IMG/VR virus record: IMGVR_UViG_3300010938_000036
Span: 821 to 64,820 of that record
Reading direction: 5' to 3' (one strand)
Source of the DNA: a virus
Lineage: Duplodnaviria; Caudoviricetes
DNA: 64,000 nucleotides
Position numbers and translations under genes: made by a program. Positions 27,427 through 38,322 of the stretch are shown in pieces. The notes beneath the pieces were generated by a model, which saw only the letters and a list, made by a program, of their open reading frames with translations, was not told the DNA's origin and did not search any database. Every line of letters begins with the position of its first letter. Positions within the stretch are counted from its first letter, which is position 1.

Positions 27427-30285
27427 ATGAAAGGAAGTAAATATGAAAATGATATGTTGGTATCTGCTGAACATTTGAATTATACAGAGGATACCAAATC
27501 TGATGCGATTACGGAGCGAATGAAAAGTAGTATTAATCCTGGTATAGATTGGGGTTTAGGTATTAACCAAATTAATAGTAATACGATAGAGGTTCAGGAA
27601 GGGGTGGGATATACTAAAAGTGGTAATAGGATTTATGTAGAGAATACAAATAAACCGCAATTAAGTTTTTCTGCGCCTGGTGATGCTAATAAAACATATT
27701 TTATTATTTTGCGTTATAAGACAGAGCCAATTCTTGGAACAGAAGCCCCTAAATATGGCGGAGGTTATACTGCACCTATTAAACAGAAGGATAGTTTTCA
27801 GATAGAAAAGAGTGAAACTTATCCAAGTAATATTTCAGGTCTTGAGAATACCATTTGTATAGGGTTAGTGAGATTAGATTCAAATGCTTTTATTGTAGAA
27901 ATAATAGGATTAGAAAGTTTTACTTTGGGGATTTCTATAGAGCAACCAATTTATTCGCCTAATGCTATTTCAGGCATTTGGATTACTGCTATAAATTTTC
28001 CAAATTTGCCAGAAAACGGAAGTTTGAGTAGAATTAAACTGGATTATGATGTTAATTCTGGTTATTCGATTTCTTGGAAGAAAGAAACAGGCGGTAGTTA
28101 TGGAACGCCTGTAAATATAACAGGCAGTGGTTTATATATTATAAATGATTCCAATACTAATTATAATATCACAGTTTATGTTGTAATGGAACTTTTACCG
28201 AATAGCGGATTTCCGTTAGAGAAGGATTTACAGGTTTTTAAAGTTTATGACAGAATTACCAGAAAGAGGTCACAATTTTTTAGTCCAGAGGACCGGTTGC
28301 ACAGGGATTTAGTTGGTAGTCAAATTCTCCATGATAAAAATCCGCATGGTATTGGACTTAATGATTTGGGTGGTTTTAAGGATATTTTATCAGAGGTAAT
28401 AAGTCATAGGTCTGGATTGCATACTAACGGGTTAGTAGGTCCTGAACCGATTGTTAGAAATCAACTTATGCCGTCATTGATAAATACACCGCAGGAGGCA
28501 TTGCGTATTGCTGATTTAAACGATGTTAATTCTTATGTGGTGATTGATGGAGAAAAAATTATTAATGTTCCACAAACAGATATAGTTTTTGGTAATGTTC
28601 CAGGTGATAATTATACATATTTAATAGAGGTTGGGTTGACCAAAAAGAAAACTTTAATTCAGAGTCAGAGATTTAAATATTATAAGGATAATAATAATTT
28701 TAATAGTATTTTTATTCTAGATACTTCTGATGATATCCCTGTTGGAACCAGTGGGGTGCTTTATTATACAATGGCTGACGGTATAGCATTAGATTTGCAA
28801 GGAACCGGTAATTTTCGTTTTGTTAAATTGACATCTGGAGTTCCTAAACGATTTTATCTTTTAGATACTGGAACGAATTATTGGATGGATTGTTATTATA
28901 ATGGTGGTGTATTACCTAATAATGCTACTTCTACGCCTGTTGTATTTTTAAATGATTCATTAATGAAGGATAAGGATGTTTTTAGTATAACAAATATTTT
29001 ATGGAGAGGGAATGATGGTAGTTTATTTTATAATGATTTGAATCAAAAAATAGTAGATAAACGCAGGTTTGGAACAATAGGAATAGAAAATATAGGGAGT
29101 GATTTACTTGAACGGTTGACTTTTTTAAGGGATTTACGGTTTGCAGAAACGAGAAGTGATGGGGTGATTGTAGGGTTTGGATATTTAAGTGGACAGGGAA
29201 CAGGAACTTTGAATTTAGAGGGTGGTCAATGTTATATTAATGGTAGAAAGGTTAAAAAAGAACAGAAAACAAGTATAACAGGTTTTGGCAATAATAAGAC
29301 ATATATTATTTATATAGATGAAGATGGTAATATAGACAAAAAAGAGAATGTAGCAGAGGTATCTGCAACTGGGAAAAGGGTTTTACCATTGATTAGAATT
29401 ACAACAAATAGTGCAGGGCAAATTTCATCTTGGACAGATATAAGAAAGGGTGTTGGATTAATTAGTGATTTGCCATTAAGACAGGAAGGTGTTCCGATAG
29501 ATGTGCCTCCAATTAGAAATTTAGTTACCGTGAGTAATGTAGTAGGAGAGGATAAATGCCAGGCAAAATGGGGAGATAAAGATGTAGATAAAGGTTTTGG
29601 ACGTATTATATTAGGTCAGTATACTGTTTATTTAACAAAGAATTTAAGATGGGATGGAACTCAATGGTATAAAGATGTAGAGAATCATACTGCAACTGCA
29701 ATTATGTTCAGGGTGGATAGCACAACTGATGATGATGAATTCGTAAAATTTTATAGAGTTCCAGCAACTGTATCATCGCCTTTTGATCTACAGCAGTATA
29801 GAACTATAATGTTTTATACTCCGAAAACAAATGGGGCAGCAAATATCAGGTTTGGCAAGGATTGGAATGGGAATAATATTACTGATGTATATTTGTATAA
29901 TCCTTTTACTGGTGGATTAGTTAATTTGTATTTATGGGATTTAGTTGCAAATTCAGTGTATGTTAGTTCTTATATTCAAGATCAGGATGGGAATAAACTT
30001 GCCAGATGGAAAATTGTTTATCTTGGTGCTGCAACATTTAATAGTATTGGGGATAAGGTCAAATTCTCAGTTCATTCGTATATAACTGGTGGTTTTGATG
30101 TTATAATTCCATTTGTTCAAGCCAGTTTGGCTGTAAGTGGTGTTGCAATGTTTCAAACCTTCTTCAGGAATGCAGGTGGAGCTAATGAGGAAGTGGCTTT
30201 TCAAAGGATTTCTGATCTATGGGGAGGAACTGAATCTTCTAATGTTTCTGCTAATCTATATGTTTTGTTATTAGAATTTTATTGA
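27427..30285 (+). CDS. Tail fibre/large baseplate protein
   Basis: 952 aa, beta-rich; two related domains (IEVQEGVGYTKSGNRI and LNLEGGQCYINGRKV); NPHGIGLNDL. Confidence 0.6.
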   Translation: MKGSKYENDMLVSAEHLNYTEDTKSDAITERMKSSINPGIDWGLGINQINSNTIEVQEGVGYTKSGNRIYVENTNKPQLSFSAPGDANKTYFIILRYKTEPILGTEAPKYGGGYTAPIKQKDSFQIEKSETYPSNISGLENTICIGLVRLDSNAFIVEIIGLESFTLGISIEQPIYSPNAISGIWITAINFPNLPENGSLSRIKLDYDVNSGYSISWKKETGGSYGTPVNITGSGLYIINDSNTNYNITVYVVMELLPNSGFPLEKDLQVFKVYDRITRKRSQFFSPEDRLHRDLVGSQILHDKNPHGIGLNDLGGFKDILSEVISHRSGLHTNGLVGPEPIVRNQLMPSLINTPQEALRIADLNDVNSYVVIDGEKIINVPQTDIVFGNVPGDNYTYLIEVGLTKKKTLIQSQRFKYYKDNNNFNSIFILDTSDDIPVGTSGVLYYTMADGIALDLQGTGNFRFVKLTSGVPKRFYLLDTGTNYWMDCYYNGGVLPNNATSTPVVFLNDSLMKDKDVFSITNILWRGNDGSLFYNDLNQKIVDKRRFGTIGIENIGSDLLERLTFLRDLRFAETRSDGVIVGFGYLSGQGTGTLNLEGGQCYINGRKVKKEQKTSITGFGNNKTYIIYIDEDGNIDKKENVAEVSATGKRVLPLIRITTNSAGQISSWTDIRKGVGLISDLPLRQEGVPIDVPPIRNLVTVSNVVGEDKCQAKWGDKDVDKGFGRIILGQYTVYLTKNLRWDGTQWYKDVENHTATAIMFRVDSTTDDDEFVKFYRVPATVSSPFDLQQYRTIMFYTPKTNGAANIRFGKDWNGNNITDVYLYNPFTGGLVNLYLWDLVANSVYVSSYIQDQDGNKLARWKIVYLGAATFNSIGDKVKFSVHSYITGGFDVIIPFVQASLAVSGVAMFQTFFRNAGGANEEVAFQRISDLWGGTESSNVSANLYVLLLEFY

Positions 30286-30297
30286 GGAGGTGATTAA

Positions 30298-30849
30298 ATG
30301 AGATATATAATTGAGTATAATGATAAACGTATTACTAATGTTGCTGTTTGTCCAGATGATATTACTTTAACTTACGATAATAATAGGCTTACTTTAGAAG
30401 TTATGAATTTGAATGATCCTGAATTGGAACGGTTATCTGATTTTGAAAAAAGTTTGTATATTTGTAAAAGATATAAGGTGGTTAATGGACAACTAATTAA
30501 GAGTGATGTAGAGTTAGTTCAGAATATCATTGTTTTAACCACAACTGCTCAGGATACAGTTACGCCATTTGATGGGATACCAGATGTCCCTGCTGATGGG
30601 GTTACTCCTGCTACTATTACAGTAGAGGTTAAGAACCCAGATACAAATCAGGTAGATACAAATGCCAATGATATCTTGTATGTTTCTACTGAAAGAGGCA
30701 AATTGTCAACCGTAAATATTCAGTTAGTCAATGGTGTAGGTTCATTCCAGATTACCTGCACTGAAACAGTAGTTACTACTATAAGGGTCTGGCACCCGCA
30801 GGATAAATATAAACAAGGGGAAATAAAAATTCAATTTAGACCAGTTTAA
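30298..30849 (+). CDS. Tail-associated protein with Ig-like (invasin/Big_1-like) domain
   Basis: PADGVTPATITVEVK...NGVGSFQIT. Confidence 0.55.
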   Translation: MRYIIEYNDKRITNVAVCPDDITLTYDNNRLTLEVMNLNDPELERLSDFEKSLYICKRYKVVNGQLIKSDVELVQNIIVLTTTAQDTVTPFDGIPDVPADGVTPATITVEVKNPDTNQVDTNANDILYVSTERGKLSTVNIQLVNGVGSFQITCTETVVTTIRVWHPQDKYKQGEIKIQFRPV

Positions 30850-30903
30850 TAAAAATTGATTTAATTGATTCTTAAAAAGTAATAATATATTTGGTGAATT
30901 AGA

Positions 30904-31956
30904 ATGAAGTTTTTATTTTATACAGATATTCATCATGGGGCAGGATTTCGTTATGGTAAATTGAATGAAGATGGAGTTAATAGCCGTCTTTTAGCTTCTT
31001 TACAAATAGAAGATTTTATAACTTCTTTAATAGATAATCATAAAATAGATTATGTTTTTTTTCTGGGTGATTTAGTTGAAAGGAGTATGTTTGCATATAT
31101 TAATGATATGGTAAGGCAACGGATAAAAGGACGGTTATCCAAATGTCCACATTATTTTTTGCGGGGAAATCATGATAGATATTTTAAGGGAATTGATATT
31201 TATGGTGATGCTTTGAATACTTTATTAGAGGTAATAAGGGTTCCAGCAATAATAGAATTGAAGGGATTGAGGATAGGATTTATTCCAGATGGTTCTGATG
31301 GTGATGAAGATAAAATTTTAAAAAATAATAAATTGGATTTTTTATTAGTTCATAGGGACATTTTGAATGCTGATTGGGGATTTATTCGTTCTACGAAGGG
31401 ACTTGATAGTCAGAGATTAAGTAAGCAAGCGCATCGTGTTTTATGCGGGCATATTCATAAACCTCAAATTTTACAGAAAAATGTGATATGTTTAGGATCT
31501 GTAGTTCCTACTGATTTATCTGAATCTGATGGATTATCTCGTGGAATATATATATGGGATTCTGCAACGGATGAATTAGAATTGGTAGAAGTTCCAGTTC
31601 CGCAATTGGTTAAGTTAGAATGGAATTTTGATGGGAATATGAAAATGTTGGAGCAAAATTTAGAAAAATATAAGGGTCATAATGTAGTTTTATTTTTATC
31701 TGGTAAAAAGAGGGATTTATTAGAGGTTCAGGAAAATAAGAAGGATTTAGAGAAGGTTGAGTTTGAGAATTTGACTTTAATTTTAAGAGGGATAGATGAT
31801 GAAGTTAAAAATAGTGAGGTATATCAAATTACGGAGCAGGCGAGGGATTTGACTTTGGATGAGAGAATCAGGTTTTATATAGAAAAGATGGATAGTAAAG
31901 GATTGGATAAAAAGATTTTATTAGAGAAAGGATTTGAAATTTTAAATGAAGTTTGA
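30904..31956 (+). CDS. sbcD: SbcD/Mre11-like metallophosphoesterase nuclease
   Basis: TDIH, GDL, GNHD and GHIH motifs; next to sbcC. Confidence 0.85.
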   Translation: MKFLFYTDIHHGAGFRYGKLNEDGVNSRLLASLQIEDFITSLIDNHKIDYVFFLGDLVERSMFAYINDMVRQRIKGRLSKCPHYFLRGNHDRYFKGIDIYGDALNTLLEVIRVPAIIELKGLRIGFIPDGSDGDEDKILKNNKLDFLLVHRDILNADWGFIRSTKGLDSQRLSKQAHRVLCGHIHKPQILQKNVICLGSVVPTDLSESDGLSRGIYIWDSATDELELVEVPVPQLVKLEWNFDGNMKMLEQNLEKYKGHNVVLFLSGKKRDLLEVQENKKDLEKVEFENLTLILRGIDDEVKNSEVYQITEQARDLTLDERIRFYIEKMDSKGLDKKILLEKGFEILNEV

Positions 31957-34033
31957 ATTAAAAAAGATAAGGTGGCAGAATGCATTTATTTTTAATGGAA
32001 CCTTTGAAGTAAATTTTCCTGAAACTGGGGCTTTTTTGTTGGAGGGGCGAAATCTGGATGCAGGAGGTAGTAATGGTAGTGGGAAGACTTCTTTTTTGAA
32101 TTTAATACCCACTGTTCTTTTTGAGGAGAACAATTCTGGGTTAATTAAGGATAAGATTATTAATGCTAATTCTAAGGATGCTTTTATTGAATTATTTATA
32201 AATGATTATAGAATTTTATATCAACGGGGTTCAGAGAATAAATGGAGTGTTTTTAAAAATGGGACTGTTTTTAATCGTGAGAAAATAACAGATACAAAAG
32301 AGATTATTAAAGAACTTTTTGGACTGGATTTTAGGCGTTATGCCAGTATTATTCATTTGTGTCAGAATTCTACTTTAGGATTTTTTTCGTTTAGTCCGAC
32401 TGAAAGGTTAAGATTATTGACAGAGATTTTGGAATTAGAAAGGTTTGACAGGGCTTCTGATAAATCTCGTGAGAAAATGGTAGGTAGTAAGGAAAGGGTA
32501 GAGGGATTGCGACAGAGGTTAACAGAAATAGAGACAGAAAGACAGAGAATTTTAGAACAGATAAAGGGGCTATTAATTGTTCGGGATGATTTGGATACTT
32601 TGAAAAGGAAGAGAGATAGTATTGATTATGAGATAGAGCAGATGAAACAGGTTTTACTTCAGCAAAATGAAGATATGGTTCAAAAAAGGATGTTATATGA
32701 AGCATCTTTGCGTTCAAGGCAGGAGTATCAAATACAAATAGAACAAAAGAATAGAAGGATAATGCAATTAAGACAGAAGCAGAATGAATATGAAGGATTG
32801 GTTCAAAGGATTGAATATTTAGAGGGATTACAAAGTAATGTTACTGATTTAGAGAAGGAAGAGGAGTTAAAGGATGATTTGGCGGTTTTAATGGATAAAA
32901 AATTGGATTTTTCAAAAGAGATAGAGCGTTTAAGGGAACAAAAAAGGCAGTTAGAAAAAATAATAAATTTAGAAATAGGAAATGATTGTCCTGTTTGTGG
33001 TAGAGTTTTAACTGAGGAAATAATACATAAAAGGCGGAAGCATTTACAGGAAGAATTAAAACAGAAGGATAAAGAAATATTAGCCAAGGAAGGGGAGATT
33101 ACAAAGATAGATCAGGAGTTAGATAGGATAAGGGATAAGCACAAGAGATTAGAAGAACAGCGTAAGAAAAATCAGAAGATTTTATCTGAGATTTTACAAT
33201 TGCGTAAGGAATTAGAAGGTTTATCTGGGATTAATTCTGAGATTAAAATTTTAGAACAGGATTTAGAGATTTTACAAAATCAATTAAATGAAGTGAACAA
33301 TAAATTTGAGGCAGAGAGGGTTGCCTTTATAGAATCACAGGAAAGGATGAATGAAATCAAACAAAAAATAGATTTTTTATCTATGGAGCAAAAGGAAATT
33401 TTAAATCGTATTGTTTTTTATGAGCGTCAGATGGAAATAAGAGAACAGTGTGAGAGGCGGTTAGATGAATTAAAATTGAGATATGATGAATTATTACAAC
33501 AAATTAAAGAGGGTGAAATGGATGTAGCAGTTTATGATTGGTTGCAGGATGCTTTTAAGAAGATAAAATTATTTGAAATAGAGCATACAATTAATTTATT
33601 ACAGAATTATCTTAATTATTATATAGAACTATTATTTGAAAACAGGATGACTGTTCAGTTGGATGTTTTTAAATTTAAAAAGCAAAAGAAATCGGCTTTT
33701 GATTTAAAGAATGAACTTAATATAACAATTAATAATTCAGTTGTGTCGTTAGAAGGGTTTAGCGGAGGAGAGAAGCAATTATTAAGTATTGCTATGCTTT
33801 TGGCTTTAAATGATTTTTTTGGTTATAAGATAGTTTTACTGGATGAAGTTTTTGGAAGTTTGGATACGGTTAATAGAGAAAGAGTGATACGGTTATTAAA
33901 TGGATTACGGCACAAAAAATTAGTTATTGTAGTTACTCATATTGAGGATGTAAAATCTGCATTAGATTGGGATGGAGTTTTATTGGTGGAGCGTAAGGAT
34001 AATTGTTCAAGATTTATTAGTCAGGTTGCATAA
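31946..34033 (+). CDS. sbcC: SbcC/Rad50-like ATPase
   Basis: Walker A SNGSGKTS, coiled coil with CPVCG zinc hook, FSGGE signature, LLDEVFGSLD. Confidence 0.9.
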   Translation: MKFELKKIRWQNAFIFNGTFEVNFPETGAFLLEGRNLDAGGSNGSGKTSFLNLIPTVLFEENNSGLIKDKIINANSKDAFIELFINDYRILYQRGSENKWSVFKNGTVFNREKITDTKEIIKELFGLDFRRYASIIHLCQNSTLGFFSFSPTERLRLLTEILELERFDRASDKSREKMVGSKERVEGLRQRLTEIETERQRILEQIKGLLIVRDDLDTLKRKRDSIDYEIEQMKQVLLQQNEDMVQKRMLYEASLRSRQEYQIQIEQKNRRIMQLRQKQNEYEGLVQRIEYLEGLQSNVTDLEKEEELKDDLAVLMDKKLDFSKEIERLREQKRQLEKIINLEIGNDCPVCGRVLTEEIIHKRRKHLQEELKQKDKEILAKEGEITKIDQELDRIRDKHKRLEEQRKKNQKILSEILQLRKELEGLSGINSEIKILEQDLEILQNQLNEVNNKFEAERVAFIESQERMNEIKQKIDFLSMEQKEILNRIVFYERQMEIREQCERRLDELKLRYDELLQQIKEGEMDVAVYDWLQDAFKKIKLFEIEHTINLLQNYLNYYIELLFENRMTVQLDVFKFKKQKKSAFDLKNELNITINNSVVSLEGFSGGEKQLLSIAMLLALNDFFGYKIVLLDEVFGSLDTVNRERVIRLLNGLRHKKLVIVVTHIEDVKSALDWDGVLLVERKDNCSRFISQVA

Positions 34034-35085
34034 TGGAAAATTTAGTAATTTTTGATGGGAATTTATTTTTAAATTCTTCTAAGTTTATTACTATAATGGA
34101 TTGTATAAATTTTATTCAGGATAAATTGAATTTTTATCAGGGTTTTGGAACGGTAGTTTGGCAGGATTTGAGAATTAAGCGCACTGGATATTTAAATCCT
34201 ATTGATAGGTTGGGATGTAAGGAAATAGAAACTAAAATTGGTTTAAATTTTATTGCAGATTTTTTGACAGTGGTTGGTATGCCACAGGTTTTATTTCCAG
34301 AGCAATTGACATCTGAAAGTGTTAATTTGCTTTTGAATTCAGAATTTTTGACAAGGTTTTTTAAACAGAAAATTATAATAACAGAAGATAGAGAATTCTG
34401 GAAATTTGCTGGTGATAATGTTGTTATAGATTTTAATAATAAATTGATGACCAGCAGGGATATTTTGAATGAAATAGGGTTTACTCCTGAGGAATTAAAA
34501 AATGGACAGGAACCTTTATATTCACAATTGGATTTAGAGGATATTTTTATTAATACAGTTATAAATGAAAATCGTTTAAAAAATGAATTTTTAACTGCTT
34601 GTCTGACTTTTGATAATAATTTTTGGTGGGAATATGTGGATAAAAGTAAGGATAAAAGGCGAATGATTCGTTCAGAATTTTATAAAACTTGTAATAAATG
34701 TGGTAAGGGAGTAAGGCAGGATTTTTTTGACCCAAGTGCTGATATTTTTTTATTATTTAATAGACCAGTAGGATTGAATTTTAATAATAGCATTATAAGT
34801 TTTTTACAGGAGGAATTAAAGGATTATAAAATATCTTTTTTATTGGTTTCTTTATGTGATTTTTATTTACCCACATTAAATAGTAATTGTTTATCCAGAT
34901 TTTTAGCCGATTTTTCTGATATTAAAAATGGAGGTCAAAAAGTAATTATTATAATGGATGATAGAATTTTTAAAATTTTATTACATGAGGATTTATTTGT
35001 GACTAAGAATTATGTGGTTTTTCATTTGGATAATTCTTTAAATGAATTATTGCAATTTATTAAAAAGAGGGTTAGTACAAAATGA
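34033..35085 (+). CDS. Divergent 5'-3' exonuclease-like N-terminus with a possible degenerate UDG-like C-terminus
   Basis: LVIFDGNLFL and IIITEDREF; later CNKC and LVSLC...NCL spacing. Confidence 0.35.
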   Translation: MENLVIFDGNLFLNSSKFITIMDCINFIQDKLNFYQGFGTVVWQDLRIKRTGYLNPIDRLGCKEIETKIGLNFIADFLTVVGMPQVLFPEQLTSESVNLLLNSEFLTRFFKQKIIITEDREFWKFAGDNVVIDFNNKLMTSRDILNEIGFTPEELKNGQEPLYSQLDLEDIFINTVINENRLKNEFLTACLTFDNNFWWEYVDKSKDKRRMIRSEFYKTCNKCGKGVRQDFFDPSADIFLLFNRPVGLNFNNSIISFLQEELKDYKISFLLVSLCDFYLPTLNSNCLSRFLADFSDIKNGGQKVIIIMDDRIFKILLHEDLFVTKNYVVFHLDNSLNELLQFIKKRVSTK

Positions 35086-36830
35086 TTTTGGTTGAGCGGG
35101 ATAAGAATAATTTGAGGGTTTTTTCTGATATAGATTTAAAAGGGTTAGAAGTTCTCACGCTTAAAAAAATGAATAATGGGTATTTTTTAGATGTGCGGGA
35201 TTTTTTGAATTTTAAAGAAAAATTAGATGAAATGAATATTTCGGAACGGGAAATGACTAAAGAGGCAATGGATTTATTGCACGATTATTTTAATAAAATA
35301 GAAAGATATGAGGAGATTAAAACCAGTAAGATTTTGAAATATTCTAATTTTGCTGATAAGATTTCGTTACATATAAAAACGCAACCTTTTATAGACCAGA
35401 TAGCAGGTATTAACTTTTTATTATCAAGGCAGTTTGTAGGCAATTGGGATACTATGGGGTCAGGAAAGACTTTTATGGCACTTTCTGCATTTAGTATTTT
35501 AATGGATAAGGGTTTAGTTAAAAAAGGATTGGTTGTTTGTCCTAATATGGTGAAATTATCCTGGCAGAGTGAAATAGAGAAACATACAGATTTAAGTTAT
35601 AAAATTGTTGGTAATGGAACCGTTGTAGTTTTGTCAGATTTAGAGGAATATGAAAAAAATCCTAAAAATTTATTAATAATTCATTATGATTGTTTTATCA
35701 AGGAAAATATAAAGGAAGCATTAAAGAAAATGAATTTTGATGTAATAATTTTTGATGAGGTTCATTTAATTAAAAATTTAAAAACGCAGAGAACTAAAGC
35801 AGTTCTGGATTTCATTGATTATGTTAAGAGGGCAGAACCCTTAAATGGGATAGATTTTTGTGAAATTGTTAAGCCAGATAAGCCTTTTATTTGGTGTTTT
35901 TCAGGAACACCAGTATCGGAGCATCCTAATAATGCTTTTGTATTATTGAAAATTCTTGATCCTAATTTTAAAATTAATTTTTTTCAGTTTGACAGATTTT
36001 TTAATCGGTATATAACAATTAATGTTAAAAAAAGATTGATTAAAAAATTGATAGGATTTAAAAATATAAGTCATCTTAAAAGATATTTTGTTCCATTATC
36101 TATTAGACGAACTCGTGAAGAGTTGGTTGGTATGCCAGAAAAGATTTTTATGGATAGGATTCTGGAATTTTCTGAGAAACAGCAAAAAATATATAATACT
36201 GTGCGGGAGGGTGTTTTAAATGAATTACGGAAATTGGACAAAAGGGTTAATCTATTAAGATTAGAGAATGTTTTGGTGAGATTACATCAAGTTTTAAACC
36301 ATCCTCAGATTTTAGATATGACTTCTGAATCTATAAAGCATGATGCAATATTATTTTTATTAGAGGAACTCTTGCAGAATAATCAAAAAGTAATAATATG
36401 GTTTATATATAGAAAGGGAGGAGAATTGTTATATGAAAAATTAAAATCTTTGAAAATTCCTGCTGCGCTTATTTATGGTGGTGTAGAATTAGAAGAATTA
36501 GAAAAAATTAAAGATTTATTTGAAAAGGATAAGATTAGTGTTATTTTAGCATCTATTAAGAAAATGGGAACTGGAATTGATTTTTTGAAACAGGCGAGAA
36601 CTGCTATTTATTTAGATTTACCTTTTAGTTTAGTAGAATATATGCAATCACAGGATAGGATTGTCAGGAGAGGAATTTTTACTCCAGCCGTTTTTATTCA
36701 TTTAATAGTTAAGAATACTTTAGATGAATTAATTTTATCTTTATTAAGAAGGAAGACATCTTTTTTAGAAAGTATAGTAGATGATAAAGATATAGAGGTT
36801 GATATAAATGAAATCCTCCAGCAAATTTAG
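35082..36830 (+). CDS. SNF2-family helicase
   Basis: DTMGSGKT, DEVH, SGTP, GTGID, QSQDRIVR. Confidence 0.85.
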   Translation: MILVERDKNNLRVFSDIDLKGLEVLTLKKMNNGYFLDVRDFLNFKEKLDEMNISEREMTKEAMDLLHDYFNKIERYEEIKTSKILKYSNFADKISLHIKTQPFIDQIAGINFLLSRQFVGNWDTMGSGKTFMALSAFSILMDKGLVKKGLVVCPNMVKLSWQSEIEKHTDLSYKIVGNGTVVVLSDLEEYEKNPKNLLIIHYDCFIKENIKEALKKMNFDVIIFDEVHLIKNLKTQRTKAVLDFIDYVKRAEPLNGIDFCEIVKPDKPFIWCFSGTPVSEHPNNAFVLLKILDPNFKINFFQFDRFFNRYITINVKKRLIKKLIGFKNISHLKRYFVPLSIRRTREELVGMPEKIFMDRILEFSEKQQKIYNTVREGVLNELRKLDKRVNLLRLENVLVRLHQVLNHPQILDMTSESIKHDAILFLLEELLQNNQKVIIWFIYRKGGELLYEKLKSLKIPAALIYGGVELEELEKIKDLFEKDKISVILASIKKMGTGIDFLKQARTAIYLDLPFSLVEYMQSQDRIVRRGIFTPAVFIHLIVKNTLDELILSLLRRKTSFLESIVDDKDIEVDINEILQQI

Positions 36831-37599
36831 TAAAAATTTTATAAAGGAGATTAAAAGGACTGCTTTGCGTGTTCATTCTAAATCTTCATCAAGGTCAATG
36901 CCGATTGGGGTTACGGGTTTATTAGAGATGAAGGAGAATACTAATAAATTTACGCAGGGATTAGTTTTGTGGCGTAAAGCGATGTATTTTTTTTTTGGAT
37001 TGGAGCATTTAAAAATAAGTTCCGCAGAAATCAAAATTTTGAAATCCTTATGGGGTATGGTTAGCGAGGATGAATTTTTATTTAATTTGTTTTTATTAAT
37101 GTATGAATATAAATTTACAAAATGGTATAGGCAAAGACAGTTAGTGCCTTCTTTATTTAGTTTGTCTAAAAATTGGAATAGATTGAGTTTGATGCAGCAA
37201 AAATTTTTAAATCTTTTTGAGTTATATAAAAAAAATAAGGATTTTTATAATTTTTTAGGGTTACAGCCTTTTGTAATTATTGAGGACAATAAGGTTCCTT
37301 TTGGATTGAATTTGCCGGTGGATATCAGAAATAAGGGATATCAGATGCGGGATATAATACGGATTGAGGGGCGTCGTTTAATTTTAATAGATTTTAATGG
37401 AGATTTGTTTGAGGTTATGGGTTATTGTCATTTTGGTTATAAGGTAGATAATATTACACAGGAATTTGTGGAATCGCATAATGAGGTGCTCTGGGTAGAC
37501 TTGGATAAGGTTAAGGATGTTCATTTGAGATTATGGTTTAATAAAGATTTATTATTACAGGATACCAGAAAGGAAATAGAATGTTTATTGAAAGATTAG
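36808..37599 (+). CDS. Hypothetical protein (possible replication initiator by position)
   Basis: Directly upstream of the DnaC-like gene. Confidence 0.45.
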   Translation: MKSSSKFSKNFIKEIKRTALRVHSKSSSRSMPIGVTGLLEMKENTNKFTQGLVLWRKAMYFFFGLEHLKISSAEIKILKSLWGMVSEDEFLFNLFLLMYEYKFTKWYRQRQLVPSLFSLSKNWNRLSLMQQKFLNLFELYKKNKDFYNFLGLQPFVIIEDNKVPFGLNLPVDIRNKGYQMRDIIRIEGRRLILIDFNGDLFEVMGYCHFGYKVDNITQEFVESHNEVLWVDLDKVKDVHLRLWFNKDLLLQDTRKEIECLLKD

Positions 37600-38321
37600 A
37601 GCAAATTAAAAAGAAGTTTGTAAATAGTTGTAAAATCTGCAAGGGCATAGGATTTTTAGATGATGGGCGGGTTTGTGATTGTTTAATAAAATTTAGAATT
37701 TATAATAGATTATTACCAAGAGGTTTTCCAGAGGAATATTTGGACTTGGAGAAGGACGAGATTTTGAAAAATATAAAAATGAAAAAAGAAAGCGAAAAGA
37801 TTTGTCAATGGTTTTTAAAGAATCTGGATTTTGTTCTGGATAAAGGATTGAGTTTGTTTATTACTGGAAAGATAGGGATCGGGAAAACTTCTTTGGCAAT
37901 AATTTTGGCAAAAGAAATAGCGAGATGGTGTTTATCTGAGGAACATTATCAATGGGATTTTGAAGCATATTATTTGGATATAGATACTTTCTGTATGAAA
38001 GTTAAAAAGGATGAAATTTCAAATATAATGGGTGCTACGGTAGTTGTTTTAGATGAATTTGGACGGGATGCTTTTTTTACAGAAGCAAAGGATTGGATTA
38101 TACGGGAATTAGAACGGTTTTTAAGATACCGTATAGCGAATAGGTTGGTTACAATTATTTGTTCTAATGTGCCTGTGGATAATTTGGTTAATATTTATGG
38201 TGAAAGGATAAGTTCTTTATTGGGTATATCTGGGAAGGATATGAATGGGTTAGTTTATAGGTCTTTGGTATTGGAAGGATTTGATTTAAGGCGAGGCATG
38301 TTGAATTCAAGATGGGGCTGA
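37581..38321 (+). CDS. DnaC/IstB-like helicase loader ATPase
   Basis: N-terminal CKICKGIG...CDC zinc site, GKIGIGKT, VVLDEFG, TIICSN. Confidence 0.8.
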   Translation: MFIERLEQIKKKFVNSCKICKGIGFLDDGRVCDCLIKFRIYNRLLPRGFPEEYLDLEKDEILKNIKMKKESEKICQWFLKNLDFVLDKGLSLFITGKIGIGKTSLAIILAKEIARWCLSEEHYQWDFEAYYLDIDTFCMKVKKDEISNIMGATVVVLDEFGRDAFFTEAKDWIIRELERFLRYRIANRLVTIICSNVPVDNLVNIYGERISSLLGISGKDMNGLVYRSLVLEGFDLRRGMLNSRWG

Positions 38322-38322
38322 T